Shown one piece after another: positions 42,218 through 54,670 of a stretch of DNA of 64,000 nt. The notes beneath the pieces are model-generated. The model worked only from the letters and a program-made list of their open reading frames with translations, ran no database searches and was not told the DNA's origin. Position 1 is the first letter of the stretch. Each line of letters starts with the position of its first letter. The translations under genes and the position numbers were made by a program. Source of the DNA: Tubulanus polymorphus. Its lineage: Eukaryota; Animalia; Nemertea. The DNA is taken from assembly GCF_964204645.1 (NCBI RefSeq), contig NC_134025.1, positions 28,252,299 to 28,316,298 on the forward strand, in the 5' to 3' direction.

Positions 42218-42683
42218 ACTTCACTCTAATTTTTGGGAATTTACAAAAGCGGAAGTGCATACTAATTTATGGTAAAACTGTTTACGACAATTGATTGAAT
42301 TGATTTGTTGGCTAAGTTCAGTTGATGATTTAACTGTTTAATGCGTGTTTGTTCCTAAAGATGAAGTCTATGATACTCGCACTACTTTCGACTGCATTTC
42401 TGTGATTGTAAGATATCGTGGCCTAATTTATAGCGAGAATACTTGCATCGATCAGGCGGGGTTGAAATTTTGGACGGGTTGTTCAAAGCAATTCAACTTA
42501 AATGAAAAGACTTTATTCCTTAAATTTTTTAATGTAAATAAATTGAAAAAATATTACTCCCTAATCTTTGTATCCTATTTTATATTACAGAGTTGAGCGA
42601 TTTACTAGTAGAAAATATTTGCGTGACTAGTTGCTGAATAGCCTACATGAAGTGCGAAAAAGCCATCATCGACATCACAAAGG

Positions 42684-45600
42684 ATGGATAACAATAACGA
42701 TGTTGAGAAATTAATGATTGAACATTTCGAAAATCTGCTATCCATGAACGATGATGCCTTAACCGATGATCTGTTACTATTATCGCTAGAAAACCCACCT
42801 CTATTCGCAAACGAAGTAGATCTCGGACAGACAGAACTTTCCTCTTTAGAAAGATTAGCCGAAGAAACGTATAGAAAACTAACTGCTAATGACAGGTTAG
42901 CAGAGGGTGAGGACAAAAATCAGAAACCAATTGTAGAGAGAAAGATTTCATCAGAGTCGAGTGGTTGCTGCTCGCAAATACAATCTCAAATCAGCACAGA
43001 TGTAGATTCATTAGTTTTAGAAAATGATTCAAATGCATCAAGTGCTGATCATATTCTAAGTGGTGAAAGTAAAGAAACTGACGATACCGGATATATAACT
43101 AATAGCGATTCATCTATTAGTATTTCTATAGACTCGTCTCATCATCCGTCAAACGATGCTTTGCTACAGAAAATAACAGAGATAAATTTTGCGTCTAAAT
43201 TTAAAAGGAAGCCGGAATTCGAAAGGACTGATGCCGCCGCAGGTTTTGAAAATTTTACGGCGAAATCTAGCGCAGCGCCATTGTTTATTACTCGCGGTAT
43301 CAAAATCAAACCTTCTGATAGTCCGATATTAAAACCTCGAACGTCAAATGGTGGATATTTTAACGATCCATTTTTGCCAGTGATGGATGAGAGTGTATTG
43401 CCAGCGTGTGAATTCAACGATGATAGAGACATTCTAGAATCTATTGAACCTGAAAACTTTGTTCTATTCGGCGACGATGAAACATTGGCGACTGCTTTCG
43501 CAACATTAGACGTGGATGATGATGATGATGATGATGATATAAGTATTGAACCCGTTTCACTATCTACACCTACTAAAGGAATAGCCGTGCCTACATCGAC
43601 GTCAGCTGCGTACATTCCTAGTGTATTACCTACATTCAGCGCTAGTACGACGTGTAGGCATAAAAATCCAGATTCGTATCTGAAACACGCGCAAGAAAAA
43701 ACAAAGACTAAATTCCTACGAGATGCCATGCAGTTGAGTCAGAATACACCGCAAACAATGTTAGGAAAAATTGATTCTTGTGTCAAAGAAACGTACACTA
43801 GTGATCAACCTAGTGTTACAATGTCATTCTTCTCTTGTAAGTCACTATTCTTAACTCTTATAGAATAATAGAAATTTTACGGTAATAATTGCTAATTTTA
43901 GTCTCTTTGTTCGAACTTATTTTTAGTAACGTCAGACATTTGTAATGATGTATGCATCCCAAATTTACCGAATGCAAGAGCTATGAAAAATAATGAAGAA
44001 GACGAATTACCTGATGATTATAGAAGTCTGATAGATATGGCGGTTTATTGCAGGGAAAGCTGTGTATCATGTACAGATCCTGATTGTAAAAGGGTTAGTT
44101 CTTGCATCTCTTATGTATAAAGAGGTCGAGTTTATTTCGGTAATACGAGGAATATGGTTTCTTCTTTAGGGACAGAAGTTGATCGATCATTTAATGGAGC
44201 ATTTAATGACCGATGACGTTCGGAAAGATCGACAGAGTATTGCTATGATAAACCATTGGATCGAACATAGCGAAGCAGATTGTATACAATCGAACTGCAG
44301 TATACCTTGGTGCCTTTTCTTTCAAGAGTAAGTACACAAATGAATTTAATACGTCTACAGTATTTTGTAAAAACTAAAGTTTCATTACTAACGTATTATT
44401 TCCAGATGTGAAGAAAATGAAGTTGATGATCCAATTGTAATGTTGAATTTATTGTATAGCGTTGGTACTTTGTATTTTACAAACATTTATTGTAAAAATG
44501 AAGTCTTTTATCGAGTAGGTTTAGCCATTTAATTTGTCTGAATCTTATTTTAACACCTACCGGTAATGCTTTGTTCTTATCGGCATGGAAACTTCAATTT
44601 TTAGTTTGACAATGAAATACCAGAGGACAAACGATTTATAGAAGGGGTCGATTGGAAAACAATTTGCAGACATGGAAGGTTTGGTAACAGTGTCAGAGCT
44701 GCTTATGATAACAGTAATATCCCATCGTGGATTATTCACAAGGTAACTTTGAATTTTGCCTACAGTAAAAGATTTCACAATTCATTAAACAAAACAATTA
44801 TAATTGCTATTATTTCAGGTGATGTTTGACAGTGAATTCGATGATATGTCGATATTTTACCTTTGTTCAAATGATATGAGCAATCATATTGTCAATCACT
44901 TTTGGGCGTTACTACAAGGATGTTTTCTCAGCATTTGTGTGAAATATGAATCTGGTAAATTTTAAACCGATAATCACGGGTTCAAAATAAGATACACATC
45001 GCATAATGTTGTCATCTATTTGGTTTTTTAAGGAGGAAGTTTGAAGCAATGGCTTGATTTCCTCGGCTGTGGATTACCGGATGAAACTACTAAGCTTTTC
45101 TTCGGACAGATGCTCGAAGCGTGTTTATTTTTACACGCTGAGAAAATTTACTATCTTCAATGGATTTGTAAGTAAATTGATCAATTGATAGTGTAGTAGA
45201 GATAATGTTTATTTGATCGCTTCGTCTTGATGAAAAATTGGCTCACTTGCTCCTGATTTCCAGCTAAGAATATCGTTATAAGTGATGACGGTCGCAGAGT
45301 AAAACTTTCATACTTCATGCCGAGAATTCATCATAAACCACCCTGGAAAGAACAAGTGTATATTTTGATGGGGCTTCCACCCGAAGTTATTCCACCAGAG
45401 GTACCGTAATTGCCATTCTTCCTATAACCCTCTCAAGGGCAGCATGAAATTCCAGCGGATGAATCTTAATGTTTTGTATTATTCATATTTTGATAGATCT
45501 ATGAACAGAAAGAACCTGTTGAAAAGAGCGATAGCTGGGGATTAGGACATATATTATACGAGATGATTACTGGTACGAATATACATTTCGAACACAGACA

Positions 45601-45934
45601 TAAATCGGAAGCAGAACGTCGTGTAATTGTACGTATTATCGTCATATTAAACGGCAATACAAATTTGAACGCATTTTTAACTCATGAAGTTCATACATTT
45701 CAGGTAAAACAGTCAAAATTACCAACAGTACATGTTAAATGGCAGGATGAAATCTGGTCAGAAATTGTCGATAAGTGCTGGAAAGTACGTATGTTGAAAG
45801 TTAAAGAAAACATACTTAACTGGTATTAATATGTTCGTACTTATTCAAGGACATTGTTTATGTATTTCTAGATTGATGCAACTGAAAGACCGACTGTGTC
45901 CGATATCAAAAACATTGTTTCACGACACCCATAA
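42684..45934 (+). CDS. Pseudokinase with long acidic N-terminus and TAZ-like zinc finger, 11 coding exons
   Basis: In-frame GT-AG exons 42684-43836, 43927-44093, 44170-44327, 44406-44514, 44605-44742, 44819-44954, 45033-45167, 45264-45400, 45497-45628, 45704-45784, 45872-45934. Kinase landmarks: GRFG, GGSL, FLH, PPE, SDSWGLGHILYEMITG, CW..D...RPT. Confidence 0.82.
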
Positions 45935-47134
45935 CCCAATGATTTACGTATAGCAAACTCTGCAACAATAGAACGTATACGATCCACGTGATACAACATT
46001 GTGCTAAAACTGTCTCAAATGTCCAGTTTATTTTTTAATCAATTTGTTCGACTTTTGAGAATGTACTGCAGTGTAAAATCTCTTCAGTGTACCACGTTGC
46101 TTTCATGTGTATGTCCTAAATGAGTAACTGCTGTTAAGATGTATTTCATTTTATTTTGTTAAGTGTTCAAAGATGATTGTATTTTGCTCAAAGTATTTAA
46201 AAGTATTATAAAACCAAATCTTATTTTGTAAATACACGTACATGTATTATGTAAAAAATGTATAGTTTTCTAAATAAATGCACAAGTATTAAAAGGGAAA
46301 TAGCTTTGCAAATTATTTTATTATTAAGTTTTTACCAATAATAGTAGAAAGTAGCGCTACAAATGACGTACCATTCATAGGATGGACAAAGGTCTCCTCG
46401 AACTGAATTGACATTGAAGGAACAACAACATTCAAATTTTTCAAGGATGGAATGTTTTTATTGTTAAAAAGAATGCATTACCTAGTCACCATTAAAAAAG
46501 ATTATGCCTGTCATTAGGGCAAAATATATGTATATAACATTTTCTGACCATTAACAAATGATGTATTCATCTTTAGCTAAACAACATAGCGATGTATTAT
46601 GATTTAATATTTTGGAAATACAAATTAAATATGGAATGTACGGAAAATAAATAGATAGAAACTATATTTATATTTTTATCAATTCAATGTGAAGATAACC
46701 CTATGGACCTGCTGCAATTCAGTTCGAAAAATCAACGACCACCAATGATTTACAAGCCAACTTGATATGAGATTCAACTTAAATCCTGGTCAACAGTATT
46801 GTAAAAGATAGCTGTGACCAAACAATGTGTACAAATTAAATTATGCTTGGATATCATGACAAAAAGAGCATGTCTCAATTGTGAATAAACATCAAAGAAA
46901 ATATATGCATTTACATCTACAGTAAACTATTGTAGTCCATACGTCTACTGGAAAAAATACGCGTAATTCAGCATACCAATGGATCAATACATTGTAAACA
47001 ATGAATACCCGTAGAATGTATGGCACTGTTCGACATTAGGACATATTTCTAATTTTAACTCCCATAAATAAGTACACATTTTATCATTATACAATTCCCC
47101 ACGAATGTATTGGCCCCTAAAATTCCAAAGCTTA

Positions 47135-47938
47135 TTATTTACACTTTTTTGGTGTATGATCTAACCACCAGCTTTCAGGTTTGAGAAACTTTATCATATT
47201 AAATTCATCATTTGGGACGGGAAACATTTCCCCGTGGATTCTAACCTGCTTCAAAGGCTCTTCCATGAAGTAGGTAAAGAATCTGGAATCAAACGGATCA
47301 TTTAGCACGCAAGACCACATGCTCTGGAGACCACCTTTACAGAGCCCACCGAATAAATTGCGAAGCCCAATTAATCGCGCATATTCAGTATTATCGGTTA
47401 GAAAATACTCGCCTATCATGAAATTATAATGAACGTTAATTCCCTGACCTGAAAATGTATTGTAAAATGCACTCAAACCGTGATTAAACAGATCTTTATC
47501 CAAGATGCAAAAGTCGAATACATTATCCCATGGTACTAATTTGCCATCGTTTAACGCCCCATATAAACTTCCGTGACATAGCGCGTAAGTGACATCGAGC
47601 TCCTTCAAGATGTCCGCAATTTTTCTGGCAAATTTCAGTTTTCTATCGATCTGATCGTCATTAAGTTTGCAGACGGTTTTTCTGTTGTGATTCAGGTGAC
47701 TGAAGTCGTACGACGCCATTCTCCGATGTTCGTTTAACACGCTGGCCATTAAAAACAACGCGCCGAAAGTTACAAAATAAATTATCCATTTCAGTGTTGA
47801 ATTCGATTGCTGTGGATGGTGGAGGGTACAAGTCGTACCTTGAACTTTCAGTTGCATTATTGTCGGCTGTTGTTTCTTAGACCCAGTAGGCCTGTTATGG
47901 ACGGCTGCCACTATGGTGTTGGTTTTATCAGAGGCCAT
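47135..47938 (-). CDS. LicD/fukutin-family (nucleotidyltransferase-fold) type II membrane protein, single coding exon
   Basis: 267-aa ORF with N-terminal TM (WIIYFVTFGALFLMASVL), LicD motif YALCHGSLYGAL..GKLVPWDNVFDF and C-terminal FPVPND..L....W; an acceptor at ~47981 suggests non-coding 5' exons. Confidence 0.8.
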   Translation of the reverse strand: MASDKTNTIVAAVHNRPTGSKKQQPTIMQLKVQGTTCTLHHPQQSNSTLKWIIYFVTFGALFLMASVLNEHRRMASYDFSHLNHNRKTVCKLNDDQIDRKLKFARKIADILKELDVTYALCHGSLYGALNDGKLVPWDNVFDFCILDKDLFNHGLSAFYNTFSGQGINVHYNFMIGEYFLTDNTEYARLIGLRNLFGGLCKGGLQSMWSCVLNDPFDSRFFTYFMEEPLKQVRIHGEMFPVPNDEFNMIKFLKPESWWLDHTPKKCK

Positions 47939-48123
47939 GAAATCATGACTGTTTGCGGATATTCCTCGTTGGTTCGGCTCCTGAAATGAAATTTAAGTTT
48001 TCATTAATTCATTGAATAACGCCGAAAAGTCATATTATTATTTCTTGATAAGTTGTTAAAGAATTTCATAGAAACTTTTTTATGCCTGCAACCAATCGAT
48101 GTTGAATATTTCAACCAGGAAAG

Positions 48124-48265
48124 CACAGGGGCACGTCACGATAGCTGGGCCTGGGGGTCCAAAATTATAGGTGGTACCTCCTCTATGACTATACTAGTCC
48201 TAGACAGGATACTGGGTCAAATCTTTGATTTTGGACGCCCAGCTATTGTGACGAGCCCCCCTGTG
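48124..48265. mobile_element. 142-bp hAT-like MITE with 8-bp target-site duplication
   Basis: TIRs CACAGGGGCACGTCACGATAGCTGGGC / GCCCAGCTATTGTGACGAGCCCCCCTGTG, flanked by CAGGAAAG at 48116-48123 and 48266-48273. Confidence 0.85.
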
Positions 48266-49399
48266 CAGGAAAGTGATTAAATACTTTAGTAAAGATCAAT
48301 ATCTTTCAGAATTACCTTCTTTCGAGCCGCAGAATCAACGATTTGCTCCAGTAAAAAATAAAACTCAAGATATTGTCAACAGGAAATGCTCCACATGACA
48401 TTGCTAATCCGCGCTACAACATTTCTTAACCCGATTAATGTTACTCACCTACCGCAGTAGGAATATTGCCCAATTGACCTGGTTCACATTTTCACCGCCA
48501 ATGATATACATAGGGGCAGCACTTGACGGTTACAGTCCGAGCGGCGGACTCAACGGATACTCCCACATTGTTTTGATGTTTTACTAAACAATACAAGGTA
48601 TATTTCTAAAAGGAAATATACTGCGACAGGTGGTTTTGCAAAGTCATTAAAGATCATGATCAAAAGCCTCTAAGGATACAATTCTACCGATTTTGGAGGG
48701 AGAAGTCATAAAGAATGAATAAATTAATGAAGATTAAAAAATCGGAAGTAATACACGAACAGTTTAAAAGCGGAAGCACCCGTCGCGATAAAATGAAGAT
48801 TTAAATATTACAAAATCATTATGAAAAACGGAATGAAAAGAAACGAATGCTACCGTCGATAGTATTCACGTACAAATTGTAGAATGAGAATAGAAAATCA
48901 ATTGAATACAAGTCACGAGAAGAGCAAAGAGATTTAGACAATCAATCCGGCGGCTTGAAATAAAGAAACTGCTTAAAATGAATAAACTCGAATGCAAGAT
49001 CGTTGTTTAATTACGAGGGTAGACCTAAGGTTCATATAAATCTATATTTTTGAATTTAGAAATCAGGGGATCTAAAAATAGTATTCATCATTAGCGGGAC
49101 GTCGATTCAGCAATTAATTTTTCAGGGAAGAGCCGATCAGCCATTCCCGAAAGGGAATTGCGCATCATCCGTGAGTGTCGCAAAAAATTATCTCATTGCT
49201 AATTAAAGTTGAAAAATAAGATGCATGTATACGTTGTTTTCTGAATACTAAAAGATTCTTAATTTTATTTGTGTTCTGTCTACTTAATTGCGGAAATCCG
49301 ATGTATTTGCAGTACTGGGAACAATAAAGTATTGAATAAAGTAATCATTAAGTATATTTGAATAAGTACTGATAAAGTATATTTGAACTTGAATTGAGC

Positions 49400-49412
49400 C
49401 CACTAGGTGGTG
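49400..49412 (+). promoter_or_regulatory. CTCF-like motif between OLA1 3' end and LicD-like gene promoter
   Basis: CCACTAGGTGGTG matches the CTCF core CCAC(T/C)AG(G/A)(T/G)GGC; a weaker CAGCAGGTGG follows at 49424. Motif match only. Confidence 0.35.
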
Positions 49413-50111
49413 GTATTCGAAGACAGCAGGTGGTTTGATCATCTGAATATGCTCCAGCGCCGTGGCGCTTTCGCAAAAATAAGCAGCACAGATAAGAAAT
49501 TCATTTTAGATTATGTGGATTCGTGCGTTATTTCCAATCCGACATAGGTTGTTGATACCAATACGATCGCGGCGCAAAGCTATGATTAGGGCAGTGGCAA
49601 CAGATAGGACGATATAATAATCAACAGCAGAGAGCGTAAGCACGGCTAACAAGATGATGGAAACTCGAACCCATTTCAATGATCCATTATTATTCAAAAC
49701 AAGTAAAAACGATTTTTCTTATTTTCAATTTTATTTTTACGATGATCCAGCAGTCAAACTAATCCCAACAATTATCATTAAATGAGTGTAGACACTATTA
49801 ACTGGATTGTTTAGTTTTAGAACTTCGATAAATATCATTGGTTAGGTCACAATAATCGAGTGACGGACATTAGGCTTCGATACAGATACTGTACAATATT
49901 CACAAAACGATTAAACATCGTTAAAAGGAATTATCATTAATAAATCATTTGCAATCACTACTGCAGTAATAGAGGCAAACTGAACTTAGGGGACCAAATA
50001 AATATCATTAAAAAACCTCAACTAAGGGTAATAAGCACAAAATAAAAGTTTTTTTGTAACTGCTGCACAGCGCTTAGTTTTCAATAGTATTTACTTCCAA
50101 ATTGTGGGATC

Positions 50112-52728
50112 TTATTTTTTCTTTTTGTCACTAAGCCCAGCACCTGCATTAAACTTAATCAGCAAAATATCGCCATCATGAACGATGTAGTCACGACCTT
50201 TCTGCAAATATTTCCCGTTTGCCTAAAAAACAAAGTTTTTTAGATTTTACTCACTGATAAAATATGACAACAGACCATCAATCAAATTACAAACAGGGAA
50301 TTTAATTTTACCTTGACAGCACTTTCACTGCCTAATTCCTTAAAATCATCGTATTTCATGACTTCAGCCATGATGAATCCCTTCTCCATATCGGTATGAA
50401 TTCGACCGGCTGCTTGTGGAGCTTTCGTACCTCTCTGTAAAAAGTACGGTTGATGGATTTTGTAAGCGAGAATTTGCAATTAATTCCTTTCACTTTTATT
50501 CGACTTTTTCTGATAGCATATTTACCTGTATCATCCAACATTTCACCTCATCGGCACCAACCGTGAAGAAATATTCTAACTGTAGAGTTTTGTAGCCGGT
50601 TTGAATGATCTTCGTTAGAATACTAGAAAAAAAATTATCAAAAATGTGTTCCGTTCAATGAAGTATCAGAGTCTTAAGAAATCATGTCTCTCTCAGTTAC
50701 CTATTCGTTTTCTTTTCTTCTAAATAAGCCTGACGATCGGCATCAGTTTCCAGATCGAGTAAATTAGTTTCGAGGGCACCACTGAATGGTATAATCACAG
50801 CACCAGGATCATTAACATCTACCCATTGTTTTATTTTTAGTAACCTGCAATAGCAACAGAGATTCTCAGGATGAAACATCATCGATGTTATGCATGTAAG
50901 GAGGTCATCTTTCTTTACTCCTCATACAAGTTATATTCGCAGCACATAATGACTGACAAATCAGAGATTAGGAAGTTTGTAAAGTTTTTCTTGCCATTTA
51001 TTCTTTTTTCTGATGTAATCTTTTTCGGATAAATTGATTAAGTAGATTATTGGTTTGGCAGTCAGGAACAAATGTTGATTCAAAACTTCGATCTGAAATG
51101 ATGAAATTACCAATCAAATAAAATATAAAATTGTAAGTAAAAACGATACACTTAAATGAAAGAATGATTGCTGTTACCTCCTTTCCATCCCACACAGCAA
51201 AACGAACTCCCTTCTTATCTTCTTCCAACAAATGTATTACTTTCATCATTGTATCCTAAAAATACAATTCATGTATACTTATAATTTTTTTGTCGCTGCA
51301 CAATTGTCGGGAATATGATATGAACTTACGTATGCCGGTTTGAGTTTTTTATCTCCACCTCTGACCGCTGTCTTCTCTAACCCAGTTAACCTTTCTTTAG
51401 CGTATTCGAGATCTTTTAAACGTAGTTCATCGAATATAATTCCTAAATCCCGAACGGGATCCACATCGCCTTCGACGTGTGTTACATCTTCATCTTCAAA
51501 TGCGCCTATCAAATCACAAATATCATAACTCTATATCCTAGGCCCGTGGACCCTTAGACTCGTGGATGTAGGATGGGATTATTCGATATGTTTGAAACAT
51601 ATCGAATGATCCCACCCTACATTAACGATTTATATATCTATCATTCTAATATTTTCGAGATAAACCTCAATCTCATCTTCAGAGAAATTGTGTGATTGTG
51701 TGTGATAGAAATTTCTACACTGAAAATACATCAGTCTGAGTCATTTTGTAAACAATATATTTCCTTTCACTTGATGATCGGACCTAGGCTTGTCTACACC
51801 AGGGTCAGATTTAGTCAATGAAATGCTGTAGTTTACTATCACAACCGGATATTTTTCTGTCCGATTATTCTAATTTTAATTAAGTTTAACCGCACGATTA
51901 GGTCACTAGCTAGGTCACAGCCTGATCTACATGGGATGTTATAAAATCTGACGAATTGTGAAAAATATCTTAAAATACATACGCGACATATGAAACAAGG
52001 CATCACACGCACTGACATGAGACAGAAATGCATTTCCTAAACCTTGACCTTCGTGCGCCCCTTTCACCAAACCAGCTATATCTACGACCGACAGAAATGC
52101 TGGAACTTTACTGAAAAACAATCAATTACCTCATAAAATAATAATGTAAATTCAGGAGCCAATAGCTCTCGGTTAAACAATGATCTAAGTGAAACTCAAC
52201 CCACTACTATGAAACTGAACCGATCAGTCATTTCTAAAATTTTACCTCGGCGGTTTAAACGTCTTGCACAGAAAATCAAACCTTTCATCCGGAACTGCAA
52301 CTCGACCTACGAACATTTAAGTAAACCGTGTTAGAAATAAGCAAAGAACACGTGACAAATGTAAGGGAATTATCATTTCTTCTTACTTTCATTTGGATCT
52401 ATTGTACAGAAAGGAAAATTCTCCGCTGGTATCGAACTTTTAGTCAGAACATTGAAGAACGTCGACTTTCTGAAATAAAACAATATTTTTCAGGAAAGAA
52501 TATACAAATCACATGTAACAGGAGGCGTCTACACTTCATTATTTTGCCTCTCGAGACAATTATCAGTGATTATCAATCAGTATCATCAGTCAACTCGAAT
52601 ATCATCATCATTCATTGAACTTACCCTACATTTGGTAAACCCAGTACCCCACACTTTAGACTGGTGCCGATTCTACCAATCAATGGTGGATGTTCAACTT
52701 CGCCAGCACCTTTCTTTTTGGGAGGCAT
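50112..52728 (-). CDS. OLA1: Obg-like ATPase 1 (YchF family), 11 coding exons
   Basis: Exons 52728-52625, 52469-52387, 52306-52246, 52110-51983, 51505-51330, 51255-51178, 51092-50995, 50844-50701, 50622-50526, 50434-50312, 50222-50112. Motifs [67 protein letters not shown]. Confidence 0.97.
50845..50994 (-). other. GC-AG intron in OLA1
   Basis: The conserved RKKNKW-LLKIK peptide requires the donor TG|GCAAGA and acceptor TTGCAG|G. Confidence 0.85.
51566..51622. repeat. Near-perfect 57-bp palindrome in an OLA1 intron
   Basis: ATGTAGGATGGGATTATTCGATATGTTT-G-AAACATATCGAATGATCCCACCCTACAT; 28-bp arms with two non-Watson-Crick positions. Confidence 0.9.
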
Positions 52729-54508
52729 TTCTCCGATCAACTGAAGGTTGCAAAGAATGATGAAACAATTTTAAACGGATTAAACGCAGACTATTCTTCA
52801 CATATAAATTCAGGGCAAATTCAGTTTCATTCCTACGATTCGCTTTATCTAAACATTTAAATAACGTTAAAAATTAATTAGCAATTTAACCACATAAGTT
52901 GAAATTGGCGAAAAGAAGCAAAATAGGTATTTAAAGACAAATTAGGGCCGGCTTACCGACAAACGTGTACTGGATAGGCGATCTTAGATGGCGCCACTGT
53001 ATGGTTCATAATCATGCGGCCTAACTGCAGTTTCCCCAGTACTGTCACTTGTATCCAAATGTACTAATCAACGACACACATTCGCAACGAACGTCCCACC
53101 AGTTTTGAGTGGCCACAAAATAAAGCTACCACATACGCCTCTATTATTGAAAAAAATCAAAAAGAATATGCTGAAAGTCACATTTATAAAGACTCAAAAA
53201 TTTGCACTAATTAACAAAATATCAAATAACTTACTTTTTACAATTTACAATGTTATAGTAATTATTGACATGAAATATACAGTAGGTTAATTATTTTGAT
53301 AGATAAGCAATGATAGAATTTATGATCTATCATCAATGTATAATTTAAATCTAAGTTGATGAAATTCAGAACCAACTTTCTTTTAACTGTGTGAAAATGT
53401 ATAATGTATATGGATGTATATATAACAAGTTTCCTTCTCAGCAACGAGGTTACTATAAATAATTATCATGAATAAATTTCAAGTAATACGCAAACCATGT
53501 CCATTTTGTGCCTTTATAAATTAGGCAATATTCTAGTCTCTTGTAAAATATTCCCATGTCATCATTACAGCCATCAACTACCAAATAGGGTCTGACTTCA
53601 GCACCCTAATGAATAGATGAATCTTTCAGACCGCAGTCCCGCCGAGACATTTCTACAAACTGGCTTATCAGCATACTCAAACTTCATTTTGTTCACGAGG
53701 AATGTTGTCTAGAATTTATGTATTTTCCTCTTAGACTTCTAAATTCTTTATTCCACAAAGAGAAGACCTCAAAGTAATGTCAAAGGTTCTAACTAATAAC
53801 TACTATCAATTCACAGGACATATACTGGCAATTCTAAATCGTCAAGTATCTAAAGTGCCTGGTAGGCTATGTACGACTTGGTCAGTCCTGAGGAGCCAGA
53901 AATGAACTAAATAAGTTCATGTTTTCTCACAGAAGTCAATTTCAACAAGAAATACCAGTATAAAACTCAACCAATTCAGAAATACTGATATCACCGAAGA
54001 GTAGAAATCAAAATTCTGTTATCACAGCTTGAAGCCCAAAAGTGTTAACACTATAGGCCTACCCACTACTGTAGATGGAATAAGACTCCAACTTTTTTGT
54101 AATTCTACCAGTACTTAGCCACTAGAAAGTCTTTGCATTAAGTGTTCAATGCATTTGTAAGCTGAGTCAATGATCTCACCGTATGAAGGCATTACTAAAT
54201 ATACAGAAAAATATCTGTAAGTAGAAAACTTTCAAATCAATTCATCACTAGACAGACAGCGTAGAGAATGTATCACCCTCGCACCAACATCATTGGGAGC
54301 CATCCGTCAGAATGATTACTCCAAGCATCATCTACCCGGCATTCTTATTCATGATTCTTCATTTCCAGGTGATCTACCCCTGATGTCTGCGACAAACCAA
54401 CCCTTCCACACCAAGTACACATACATGCCATCAGCATCTATACGAGTAACTTCTATATCATTGTTTTGTATAAAGTCAGGTAAACTTGTACACGGTCAAA
54501 TAAGATTG

Positions 54509-54670
54509 GGGATCATTCATTTACTACGTACGCATAAAATTTGACTTTTTCAACCCCCCCTGTACGCAAAATCGGCCATTTTTCCATATACATTAAGCAT
54601 TAAAGTACGCAATTGCACTTAGCCTACTCTTCCCCCTCCCCTAATGTGTACGTAATAAATGAACGATCCC
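54509..54670. mobile_element. ~162-bp PIF/Harbinger-like MITE
   Basis: TIRs GGGATCATTCATTTACTACGTACGCA / TGTGTACGTAATAAATGAACGATCCC, with TTG on both flanks as a possible 3-bp TSD. Confidence 0.75.

Noticed and set aside
43142-43729. 195-aa minus-strand ORF and other antisense ORFs over genes (e.g. 3264-3746, 62088-62318)
   Set aside because: Shadow ORFs of real coding exons with no recognisable motifs.
52560-52612. ATGATGA..CTGA on the minus strand, C/D snoRNA-like, in OLA1 intron 1
   Set aside because: Short, low-complexity TGA repeats directly beside the donor, with no recognisable rRNA guide.
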